A stretch of DNA of 64,000 nucleotides, from NCBI GenBank assembly GCA_017937705.1, contig JAGBDC010000024.1, positions 11,079 through 75,078 of the forward strand, given 5' to 3'. The stretch comes from Alphaproteobacteria bacterium. GTDB lineage: Bacteria; Pseudomonadota; Alphaproteobacteria; RF32; CAG-239. The notes beneath the pieces were generated by a model that saw only the letters and a list, made by a program, of their open reading frames with translations, was not told the origin of the DNA and made no database searches. Each line of letters begins with the position of its first letter. Positions within the stretch are counted from its first letter, which is position 1. Positions 53,359 to 62,482 of this stretch are shown here, one piece after another. The translations under genes were made by a program, and so were the position numbers.

Positions 53359-53434
53359 TGGTGAGCCTGGCGGGATTCGAACCCACGACCCTTTGATTAA
53401 AAGTCAAATGCTCTACCGACTGAGCTACAGGCCC
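53359..53434 (-). tRNA. tRNA-Lys (anticodon UUU)
   Basis: The reverse complement reads gggcctgtagctcagtcggtagagcatttgacttttaatcaaagggtcgtgggttcgaatcccgccaggctcacca. The anticodon stem is tttga/tcaaa with loop ctTTTaa, and CCA is encoded. Confidence 0.9.
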
Positions 53435-53582
53435 TCACACAATGAGCCATTGTATAATGCATAAAAAAAAATTCGTCAACAAAAAAAATCAAAAAATGTA
53501 AAAAATAGTTTATTTGTTAATAATTGTATGTTATCATCCGAACAAAATTGAAAGTTAAACCTGGAATTATGAGGTTACAGAT

Positions 53583-53897
53583 ATGTCAGATAATACAAAT
53601 TCGCAACAAGGCGGACGTTATGATATGCTACAAAATGCAGCAGGTGAGATTCTTATCATCATAGAATATCGTGAGGGAGGCCCTGAAAATCCTCGCTTGG
53701 TTTATGATGGTGGAGATCAAGCGCTGTTGTATCGCAGTAGAGAAAGTGCTTTTATGCTTAACTCTATAGCTAATGAAGCTCGTATGCCGTTAAAATCGGT
53801 TAATGAAGTTTTGATGGTAGAAATTGAAAACGATGATGTTGCTCGTGAATATAAAGTTCCGGTACGAGTCGTTCGCAGCCTTAAAGCTTTAGGATAG
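53583..53897 (+). CDS. hypothetical protein, paralogue of 7604..8029
   Basis: 104 aa. See the alignment noted for 7604..8029. It lies directly upstream of the nuoL-like gene. Confidence 0.5.
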   Translation: MSDNTNSQQGGRYDMLQNAAGEILIIIEYREGGPENPRLVYDGGDQALLYRSRESAFMLNSIANEARMPLKSVNEVLMVEIENDDVAREYKVPVRVVRSLKALG

Positions 53898-53983
53898 TTG
53901 ATTATCTGGTATGTTGTTATAAATTGAAGATAGGGGCTGTTTAATGCCCTTATTTTTCGTTAAAATAAGGATAGGTTGATATT

Positions 53984-55636
53984 TTGCCGCATTATCTTGT
54001 TATTTTATTACTTGTAGGTGTTGTTTCGGTTTTTATTCCTAAAAATCGAATGGTCTATTGGTGGACATCCGCTATATTTTTTGCTCTTATGTATAGTGCT
54101 CTTTTCCTTATGGGGTGCTTGGGCTCTGTATCTTTAACATATAATTGGCAAGCAATTCCTAATATTCCAATAGCAATCAGTTTTGTTCCTGAATATTTTG
54201 GTCGCTGTGCTTGTTTAGGTGTTTTGCTTTTATCTTTTTTTGCAATTTACTACAATATAATCCTAAAAAAGGAAGAGCGTCCTAACGCCATAAACGGATT
54301 GGTTTTGCTTAATTGTGTTTTTGTGATTTCTGCGCTGCTTTCTCCTAACTATATACAACTTTTGGCAGCAGTAGGTATGAGTGATGTTATAGTTTTTAGT
54401 GCAATTAACCAATTAGATGCTAAAAAACAATATATTTACGGCAATTTTTTTGCTGATTTTATTTTATTAAACACTTTTGCTTTGATATTTGTTCAATCCG
54501 ACAGTATTATTATTTCCGACTTTGGTAGTGCTTCAAAGCAGTGGTCACATAGGGATTTTATTGCGATAATGCTTTTGTTATGCATTTTTATCAAATCAGG
54601 AATTGTAATGTTTCATACAGCCTATCAAAAAATGTCATCGCTTAATTATAATCGTTTGAATTTCATTTTATATGCAACAACTCCGCTTATGGGAGCGATT
54701 ATTTTTGAAAATATCAAAGATATTTTTATCATCTCTGCCTATTCATATCCTTTATTAAAGATTTTTTCGGTTTTAACCGTTTTGTCGGCACTGGTAGGAG
54801 CCTTGTGTGTTGATAACATAAAAAGGAAAACAGTTTATTTGTCAATGATGTTTTGGGGCTTGATTTTTATAGGATACGCATGGCAAATATCAACTTTCAA
54901 TCCTAAATTTTATGTACTTTTGTTATCGGCATTTTTGTTTAATAATTCTCTTATGTTGGTGTACAAGGCCGCATCTGACGAAGTTTTGGTTTCTCGCATG
55001 GGTGGCTTTTTGAAATCATTAAAGTTTACTTTTTTCATTAATGTTATTTCGGTTATATTATATGCGGTTACATGGTGGATGTATGCGCAAAAGTCGATTC
55101 CGTATGCTGTTATTGGTTTATTGGTTATATCCGTTGTGTCTGCACATATATTTTCAGAAGTTTATTTGTCGCAAAGCAAGGCTGATGAATGGGTTTTGGC
55201 AAGATTAAAAAATCCGTTATTTTTGTTATGGCTACCGATAATACTAATTGTTTCAATCATTTTATATGTAAAATCAAATGACTGGCAATATATATACGGA
55301 TTTGCAGTATTTTGGATGTTACTTTTTATCTTTCACCCGTTTAGAAAGCTATCGGTTTTGTACCAGTATGATTCGTTACAAAAATTAGATAAAGTAACTT
55401 GGATATACAACTTTTTTATATTGGCTCCGTTAAGATTTTTTGGAAGAGTGCTGCGTTTAATTGTTGATTTTGTATTTATTGAGCGAACTCTTATTGCTTC
55501 AATAAAAAATGCGATTCGTTTTGCAATTTTTATTTTTAAAAAATTGCATGGTAAAAATATATGGGGACATTTGATATTTGTTATAATGGGAGTAGCAATA
55601 GTTGTTATCGCCTACTATAAGGGAGTAATGCAATGA
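53984..55636 (+). CDS. highly divergent NuoL-like antiporter-type membrane protein
   Basis: 550 aa with a TTG start and about 14-16 TM helices. IKSGIVMFHTAY sits where family members have GKSAQxPLHxWLPDAM. The assignment leans on its position ahead of the nuoM- and nuoN-like genes. Confidence 0.55.
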   Translation: MPHYLVILLLVGVVSVFIPKNRMVYWWTSAIFFALMYSALFLMGCLGSVSLTYNWQAIPNIPIAISFVPEYFGRCACLGVLLLSFFAIYYNIILKKEERPNAINGLVLLNCVFVISALLSPNYIQLLAAVGMSDVIVFSAINQLDAKKQYIYGNFFADFILLNTFALIFVQSDSIIISDFGSASKQWSHRDFIAIMLLLCIFIKSGIVMFHTAYQKMSSLNYNRLNFILYATTPLMGAIIFENIKDIFIISAYSYPLLKIFSVLTVLSALVGALCVDNIKRKTVYLSMMFWGLIFIGYAWQISTFNPKFYVLLLSAFLFNNSLMLVYKAASDEVLVSRMGGFLKSLKFTFFINVISVILYAVTWWMYAQKSIPYAVIGLLVISVVSAHIFSEVYLSQSKADEWVLARLKNPLFLLWLPIILIVSIILYVKSNDWQYIYGFAVFWMLLFIFHPFRKLSVLYQYDSLQKLDKVTWIYNFFILAPLRFFGRVLRLIVDFVFIERTLIASIKNAIRFAIFIFKKLHGKNIWGHLIFVIMGVAIVVIAYYKGVMQ

Positions 55637-57072
55637 TAGAAAACACCGGCATATTACTCTCGATCGTAATGGCTATACCTATGTTAGGGGTTATGTTCGC
55701 CTCTCTTGCTAAAGATGGACAAGGACAAACAATGAAAGGTCGTAATGCCTTATCTGTAGGTATTTTTACCGTCTTGTCCAATTTAATTGTGTTATGGATT
55801 ACTGCACGTAAAATAAATGTTAACGGAACAAATTTACAGCTTATTGAAAAATTTAAATGGCTGGAAACACCTAATATTGAGCTTATTTTCGGAATAGATT
55901 TTTTCTCTTTATTGTTGATTGCTGCAATTCACCTTGCGGTATTATTGGGCATGATTGGAGTGAGAAATAATCCCTATCGTCAAAAAACGTTAATCATATC
56001 ATCACTATTATTTTTGAGTATGATTACCGGATATTTGTTAGCTGCTGACATATTTTCATTTTATATCTTTTTTGAGGCTACACTATTGCCGTTATTTATG
56101 CTGGTCGGCATTTTTGGAGATGTGAAAAAGCAAGATATTTTATATCGTTTCTTTTTGTATAATTTACTGGGTGCAATGTTATTGTTTACGGCGCTTTGCA
56201 TTTTGTTTGATTCTGAAAATGTTTCAATTAGTGAAATCAGCAGAGTGTCCTTAAATCGACATATTGAAATTTTCGTATGGGGAGCAATTTTTGTGGCTTT
56301 CTTATCTCGCATTCCGATTTGGCCGTTTCATTATTGGATTTCATCGGTAAATGTCAATATTTCAAATCCTTTGGTGTTTATTATAGCTAACATAATGCCT
56401 CTTACCGGTGTTTACGGATTAATACGTTTCTTTCCGTTAACTGCTCCGGATATATTAGAGCCGTATCTTCTGGCTTTGAAAATAATAAGTATTACGACCA
56501 TGGTGGTAATTTCGTTAATAGGTTTTAGTAATCGGGATATTAGATATAAACTTTTCTCATATATGACAGTATATTATATTTTATACTTATTGGGAGCTTT
56601 GCTTCCGACAGATGCCTTGTTGGGAAATATAGGCTTTTCGTTATTTGCATATTTGATTGTTATATCTGCGATAGAAATTATGGTATCTCATTTGGAGAAA
56701 GAAAAACAATGTGCAAAAGTCGGAGATTGCGGAATATTGTGCAATATCAGGCGCAGTTCTTTTGTATTATCATTTTTTATTCTGGCTGCTGTAGGGTTAC
56801 CGCTATCTTCATTGTTCTTGAATAATATGCTCATTTTTGCGGGTCTCTTGAGCTATAATATAAAAATGGCAGCATTTATATTGGTGGCAATTATTTTAAG
56901 CTCAATAAGTTTATTGCATCACCTTTTTTATTTGAAATATCCGCAAGATGAAACAATAGAAAATAAAGATATTTGTGTAAACGATATTTCAATGCCGGTT
57001 TTTTGTGTTTTTATTTTATTTATGCTGATTTTGATAGCATCATTTATTAACCCTTTGTGGTTTATGGAGTAA
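55633..57072 (+). CDS. divergent NuoM-like antiporter-type membrane protein
   Basis: 479 aa. FYIFFEATLLPLFMLVGIFG, YRFFLYNLLGAMLLF and IPIWPFHYWI...GVYGLIRF follow the Proton_antipo_M (PF00361) pattern, but several signature charged residues are replaced. Confidence 0.7.
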   Translation: MIENTGILLSIVMAIPMLGVMFASLAKDGQGQTMKGRNALSVGIFTVLSNLIVLWITARKINVNGTNLQLIEKFKWLETPNIELIFGIDFFSLLLIAAIHLAVLLGMIGVRNNPYRQKTLIISSLLFLSMITGYLLAADIFSFYIFFEATLLPLFMLVGIFGDVKKQDILYRFFLYNLLGAMLLFTALCILFDSENVSISEISRVSLNRHIEIFVWGAIFVAFLSRIPIWPFHYWISSVNVNISNPLVFIIANIMPLTGVYGLIRFFPLTAPDILEPYLLALKIISITTMVVISLIGFSNRDIRYKLFSYMTVYYILYLLGALLPTDALLGNIGFSLFAYLIVISAIEIMVSHLEKEKQCAKVGDCGILCNIRRSSFVLSFFILAAVGLPLSSLFLNNMLIFAGLLSYNIKMAAFILVAIILSSISLLHHLFYLKYPQDETIENKDICVNDISMPVFCVFILFMLILIASFINPLWFME

Positions 57073-57075
57073 AAA

Positions 57076-58497
57076 ATGTTAAATAATTATATTGCATTAC
57101 TTCCCGAATTGATTTTATTTTTAGGACTTATTTGTATGAGTTTGATAAAGCTCGTGCGTAAAAACAATACTCCTAAAACATTTTATACAATAAGTCGCTT
57201 GTTTTTATTTTTCGGTGCAATAATGACGGCAATATTTTATAATCAAAATGTTGACGATTATTTGTATAATAACCTATTTACGACACTATTTAAAATGTTA
57301 ATTTATATGTTTACTTTTATATGGGGATACCTATCCTTAAAGAGATTCACCAGCAAAAATATGCCAAGCTTTGCATTTTATAATGCCGTTTTGTTTAATA
57401 CATTATGTTTTTCCTTTGCTATATCAACACATAATTTATTGATTTTATTTTTGGGGCTTTCTTTAGGTTTTTGGACAAGTATTAATATGATAAAAATGGA
57501 GAAAGAACCGTATGAACTAAGCGGAAATGGTGTTTATTCCGCATTTTCGTTCTTATTTATTTTGGCCTTTGCTTGCGGTGTCGGAATTTTTTATTATTAT
57601 ACAAAAAGTTTTGATTATGATGTAATAGAAAAAGCATTATCAATTAAGAGCCTTTTAATATGGCAATACTATTTGGCCTTTTCTTTGATTATGTGTGGTA
57701 TTCTGTATATGATGAGTGTTGCACCGTTTCATTTTTGGTTTGCTAATGCTGTTGGCAATTCTATACTTCCTGTTGCCGGATATATAACCATAATACCGAT
57801 ATTTGCATATTTTTCATGCATGGTAAATGTTCTTGTAAATGCATTTTATCCGGTTTTGGGGTGGTTCAATATTTCGTTTATGTGCTTCGGTATTTTTTCT
57901 ATTTTTATCGGAGCTATCGGGGCAAATAGCGAAAGCAATTTAAGAAAAATATTTGCATATAGCGGACTTTATTATATTGGTGTTACTATATTGGCTCTTT
58001 TCCCGATTAATGACAATAACTTAGTTTCGGCATTCATATACTTGCTGGTATATATAGTTGCTTTTTGTGGAATATATACTATATTTTACGGATACAGAAG
58101 CAGAGGTGATTATTTTATTGAACTGGACGATATAAAAGGAGTTTCGACTCAGCGTCCTTTCTTGTCTGTTGCTCTGTTAATATTTATGATTTCACTCATC
58201 GGAACTCCTCCGCTTTTAGGTTTTTTGGGAAAATTATCGGTTATTAACAGTATGATAGTCGGAAAAGAATTTGTTCTGGTCGGTGCGATTCTTTTGGCAA
58301 TGCTTATATTGGTATATGCATATTTGAAAATTGTTACTGTTGTATATTTTGAGGCCAGAAACAAAAGTTTCGATGAGGTTGATAAAGGTGTTTATATTTG
58401 TATGTTTATCAATATTATATTGATTTTAATCGCTATTATAAATCCAAAATATATAATGCATGATGTTGAAATGATGTTACTGGCAGTATTTAAATGA
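57076..58497 (+). CDS. divergent NuoN-like antiporter-type membrane protein
   Basis: 473 aa. VAPFHFWFANAV sits where the consensus has APFHxWxPDVYEG. The conserved alphaproteobacterial order nuoN-birA-rnj supports the call. Confidence 0.7.
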   Translation: MLNNYIALLPELILFLGLICMSLIKLVRKNNTPKTFYTISRLFLFFGAIMTAIFYNQNVDDYLYNNLFTTLFKMLIYMFTFIWGYLSLKRFTSKNMPSFAFYNAVLFNTLCFSFAISTHNLLILFLGLSLGFWTSINMIKMEKEPYELSGNGVYSAFSFLFILAFACGVGIFYYYTKSFDYDVIEKALSIKSLLIWQYYLAFSLIMCGILYMMSVAPFHFWFANAVGNSILPVAGYITIIPIFAYFSCMVNVLVNAFYPVLGWFNISFMCFGIFSIFIGAIGANSESNLRKIFAYSGLYYIGVTILALFPINDNNLVSAFIYLLVYIVAFCGIYTIFYGYRSRGDYFIELDDIKGVSTQRPFLSVALLIFMISLIGTPPLLGFLGKLSVINSMIVGKEFVLVGAILLAMLILVYAYLKIVTVVYFEARNKSFDEVDKGVYICMFINIILILIAIINPKYIMHDVEMMLLAVFK

Positions 58498-59222
58498 CAC
58501 AAATTACAAAAATAAATTCATGGAGATGGATTGATTATCAGGAACTTGATAGCACAAATGATGAGGCCCTTCGTTTAAGTCAAAGCGAAAATAAATTGAT
58601 TGTTACAAGTCAGATACAAACAAAAGGAAAAGGACGTTTAGGAAGAAAGTGGGAAAGTTTTGAAGGCAACCTTTTTATGTCGATGTTAATGTCTTGGCCT
58701 TTGAGTGAAAATAATGCTTTGGTTTTTATAATCAGTCTCGCATTACGACAAACCATAAAAAAAATGCTTCCTCAAGCTGATGTAAAAATAAAATGGCCAA
58801 ATGATGTATTGGTAAATGATAAAAAAATATCCGGCATTTTGCTGGAAACCGGAGAACAAGAAAAAATAGTTGTAGGGATTGGAGTAAATATAAAAAAACA
58901 TCCGGAAAATATTATCTACCCGACAACCTCTTTACTCAAAGAAGGCAAGATTACGGATAGGGTTGACTTCATAAAAATGTTTATTGGTTATTTTGATGAA
59001 GTTAAAGGCATTTATAACAATAAAGGAATGGATGAAATTGTAAAAATATGGCAATCTCAAGCTAAAGGTATTGGTGAAAAAATAAAAATCACGATACTAA
59101 ACAAAGAAGAAACAGGTGTTTTTGACGGTATTGATAATGACGGCAGATTAATTTTGAATATTGATGGAAATATTAAGATATATAATGCCGGAGATGTATT
59201 TTTTATTGGAAAGAAAAATTAA
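58494..59222 (+). CDS. birA: biotin-[acetyl-CoA-carboxylase] ligase
   Basis: 242 aa. QTKGKGRLGRKWES is the GRGRxGRxW-type biotin-binding motif, and KWPNDVLVNDKKISGILLE follows. There is no N-terminal HTH, so this is a class I ligase. Confidence 0.85.
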   Translation: MTQITKINSWRWIDYQELDSTNDEALRLSQSENKLIVTSQIQTKGKGRLGRKWESFEGNLFMSMLMSWPLSENNALVFIISLALRQTIKKMLPQADVKIKWPNDVLVNDKKISGILLETGEQEKIVVGIGVNIKKHPENIIYPTTSLLKEGKITDRVDFIKMFIGYFDEVKGIYNNKGMDEIVKIWQSQAKGIGEKIKITILNKEETGVFDGIDNDGRLILNIDGNIKIYNAGDVFFIGKKN

Positions 59223-59224
59223 AT

Positions 59225-60955
59225 ATGAGTAATTTTAAAAAGGATGGAATTTATTTTGTTGCGTTAGGCGGTGCTGATGAAATCGGTATGAATATATATG
59301 TATATGCCTGCAATGGAAAATTTATAATGGTAGATACCGGCTATGGCTTTTTGAATGATAATTATCCCGGTATGGATTTGTGCTTTGCCGATGCCTCTTT
59401 TTTTGCTGAGTATAGCAATGATTTTGAGGGGATTTTTATAACCCATGGTCATGAAGATCATTTTGGAGCAATCGCACATATTTGGCCTCTGCTGAAATGT
59501 CCTGTTTATGCCTCGGATTTTGCCATTGGATTAATGAAAAATCGCTTAAAAGAATATAATCTTGAACAACAGGTTGAGTTGTTTTCGATAAATGATAATC
59601 CGAAAGTGAAACTTTCTGAATTTGAAGTTGAGTTTATATCTGTTGTTCATTCGGTACCTGAAACATCTGCCTTAGCCATTACCACCCAATCAGGAACAGT
59701 TATTCATGCAACAGACTGGCGTTTTGATAATGGCAAGATAGACATATTAACCACAAATTATGAACGGTTGAAAGAATTTGGAGATAAAGGTGTTGATATG
59801 TTGGTTTGTGATTCTACCAACATATTGATAGATAATCCTCAACCGAGCGAATCAGAGGTCAGAGATTGTTTGTTAGAGCTTATTCCCAGTTTGCCGAACA
59901 CGATTGTTACAACTTGTTTTGCTTCTAATTTAACCCGATTGGAAAGTTTAGTGTTAGCGGCTCATCAAGCCGGTCGTACTCCGATATTATTAGGAAGAAG
60001 TTTGTTGTATAATGTAAAAATTGCTAAAGAACTGGGATATTTCAATAATATGCCACCTGTTTATGACATAAAAGATGCTGCAGCTATTCCTTATGACAAA
60101 GCACTGTATATATGTACCGGTTCACAAGCAAACTATCGAAGTGCTCTATCGTCGATTGTTAATGGTCAAAGCAAAGATATAAAATTAACTAAAGGCGATA
60201 CGGTTATTTTTTCTTCCAAAATTATTCCCGGAAATGAAGAAAAAATAAATGATATGCAAGAAAAACTTATTGCACAAGGGATTAACGTAATTACCGATAA
60301 AGACACGTTGGTTCATACTTCTGGACATTGTAGTAAAGCAGAAATTAAGCAAATGTACGAAATTTTGCGCCCAAAAATTGTTTTGCCGGTTCACGGAGAT
60401 AGAAAATATATTCGCGAACATAAATATTTTGCCGAAACTTGCGGAGTTTCCGATGTAATCAGCGTTGAAAACGGAGATGTTTTACTTATAAATCAAAACG
60501 GGATAAAAAAACAATCGTCAGTGCCTACCGACATTTTGGCGGTTGACCGAAAAGAAATTGTTTCTTTAGGTTCTGAAGTTGTAAAACGTCGTAAACAAAT
60601 TGCATATAACGGTAGTGTATTTATAAGCGTCATATTTAGTGAAAATTGGGATTTGTTGGCTTTGCGTGTATCCTCAAAAGACATCTGGGAGCCGGAAGCC
60701 TTCGCTGAGTTGCGAGATAATATCGTTTCCGAAGTTTCGGAACTATTACCGAAAGCAGTTGTCAATTTGAAATATAAAGAAACTTCTATTCTAGATTTTG
60801 TTAGAACACAAATAAGACGGCGTATAGAAAAAGCTACCGATATGAAGCCGGTAACTTTTATCCACTTTTATAAACTTCCGTTGTATGAAATTAATCAAAG
60901 TGATGATACCGAAACAGGACAACCTGTCATTATATATCCATCGCCTGAAATATAG
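59225..60955 (+). CDS. rnj: ribonuclease J (metallo-beta-lactamase/beta-CASP family)
   Basis: 576 aa. ALGGADEIGMN, THGHEDHFGA, DSTN and HTSGH match the RNase J motif series. Confidence 0.85.
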   Translation: MSNFKKDGIYFVALGGADEIGMNIYVYACNGKFIMVDTGYGFLNDNYPGMDLCFADASFFAEYSNDFEGIFITHGHEDHFGAIAHIWPLLKCPVYASDFAIGLMKNRLKEYNLEQQVELFSINDNPKVKLSEFEVEFISVVHSVPETSALAITTQSGTVIHATDWRFDNGKIDILTTNYERLKEFGDKGVDMLVCDSTNILIDNPQPSESEVRDCLLELIPSLPNTIVTTCFASNLTRLESLVLAAHQAGRTPILLGRSLLYNVKIAKELGYFNNMPPVYDIKDAAAIPYDKALYICTGSQANYRSALSSIVNGQSKDIKLTKGDTVIFSSKIIPGNEEKINDMQEKLIAQGINVITDKDTLVHTSGHCSKAEIKQMYEILRPKIVLPVHGDRKYIREHKYFAETCGVSDVISVENGDVLLINQNGIKKQSSVPTDILAVDRKEIVSLGSEVVKRRKQIAYNGSVFISVIFSENWDLLALRVSSKDIWEPEAFAELRDNIVSEVSELLPKAVVNLKYKETSILDFVRTQIRRRIEKATDMKPVTFIHFYKLPLYEINQSDDTETGQPVIIYPSPEI

Positions 60956-60957
60956 GA

Positions 60958-62397
60958 TTAAAGCTGTTCTATCGGAATAAAGATAGTAAAGGTTGTACCT
61001 TCTTCTTTGTTTGATGCTACTCGCATATTTCCTTTGTGTCTGATAAGTATATGCTTAGCGATAGCCAAACCCAAGCCTGTTCCTCTGATGTTTTTATCTT
61101 TGTGTGCCTGAACTCGATAAAATCTTTCGGTGAGGCGACCTAATTCTTCGTTTCCGATAGGCATTCCTTGGTTGTTAATACTTATTGCAACAGCATTACC
61201 TTCACCGACTTGATAATTTTTTGAATGAGGAACCTTATTGCTCAAGGTGACATTTATTTTTATAGCGGTATCTTCATCGCCATATTTAATGGCATTATCA
61301 CAAAGGTTTTGCAACAACTGACGTATTTGAGATTGATCAGCCGTAATCTCCGGTACACTATCGTCAATATAAATTTCAAAAGTCATTTTTTTATTTTGTG
61401 CTTTCAGTGTTAAAGCATCAACAGCATCTTCAATTATCGGATTAATTACAATTTTCTCTTCCGGCGGATTGTCCTGATTTAGTTCAATTCGAGATAAAGA
61501 AAGAAGATTTTCAATTAATATGGACATATAGTTAGCTTGCTCAGCCATAATTTTTAAGAAATGTTTTTGAGCTTCCGGATCGTCTTTCGCAGATGTTTGC
61601 AATGTCTCGATAAAACCGGATATAATTGATAGCGGAGTTCGTAATTCATGACTTGCATTGGCCACAAAATCAGATTGCATTTTTTCAACTTTCATCGCTT
61701 TTGTCATATCATAAATAGATATAACTGCCACGGCTCGTCCTTTTGAAATCCACGGTAAACGTTTTATATGTGCATATAATTTTTTTTGCTTATCTTGTTT
61801 TTTGCTTTCATTGCCGACATAAAAAATTAAATTCTCTGCGTCGCTGTCTTGATGTAAAACTTTGGCAACAGCATTAATAAAGTTGTTTGAATTGAAAATT
61901 TCTTCAACATTTTTTTCGGTAATGTTTTCTCCCAACAATTTATGGGCTGAACCGTTTGCTCCTAATATATTTCCTTCTTTATCAATCATTAAAATAGGAT
62001 CAGGAAGGGTATCTAATACGGCTGTGTCCGAGATAGTTTGAGCTTCTAAAGTTTCTGCTTTGTTAGACCAAAAACGATGCATTTCATTAATTGCATTGGC
62101 AATATCTAAAGTTTCGCTTTCGGTAATGTCTAAATCTTCTAATTTTTCTTGATTTTCTTGCGACAGATTAATGATGTATTTTTTTAATTGTTGTAGTTCA
62201 AATGTTAGGGGAAATAACCAAACGATATTAAAAAGCACAATTGATGAATAGGCCATAACCGCAATGTTGGCCGGTAACAATCGTAAAGCCACCAACATAA
62301 TAAAAACCAGAGAAGAAGGAAGAGACAAAATCAGAATACGACTGGCAAAATTGGAGTCTTTTTCTATTTTAAAAAGTTTGCTTTCTCGCTTAATCAT
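60958..62397 (-). CDS. sensor histidine kinase (2 TM, PAS, HisKA, HATPase_c; PhoR-like architecture)
   Basis: 479 aa. It has the H-box ANASHELRTPL, the N-box QLLQNLCDNAIKY and the G-boxes GTGLGLAIAK and GTTFTIFIP. Confidence 0.85.
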   Translation of the reverse strand: MIKRESKLFKIEKDSNFASRILILSLPSSLVFIMLVALRLLPANIAVMAYSSIVLFNIVWLFPLTFELQQLKKYIINLSQENQEKLEDLDITESETLDIANAINEMHRFWSNKAETLEAQTISDTAVLDTLPDPILMIDKEGNILGANGSAHKLLGENITEKNVEEIFNSNNFINAVAKVLHQDSDAENLIFYVGNESKKQDKQKKLYAHIKRLPWISKGRAVAVISIYDMTKAMKVEKMQSDFVANASHELRTPLSIISGFIETLQTSAKDDPEAQKHFLKIMAEQANYMSILIENLLSLSRIELNQDNPPEEKIVINPIIEDAVDALTLKAQNKKMTFEIYIDDSVPEITADQSQIRQLLQNLCDNAIKYGDEDTAIKINVTLSNKVPHSKNYQVGEGNAVAISINNQGMPIGNEELGRLTERFYRVQAHKDKNIRGTGLGLAIAKHILIRHKGNMRVASNKEEGTTFTIFIPIEQL

Positions 62398-62482
62398 TGT
62401 ATAAAACCTCTAAAATCGTGGACTAGACGGAATTGTACTATATAATAAGTTTAAATTTTATAAATTATAACAAGATAAAAAA

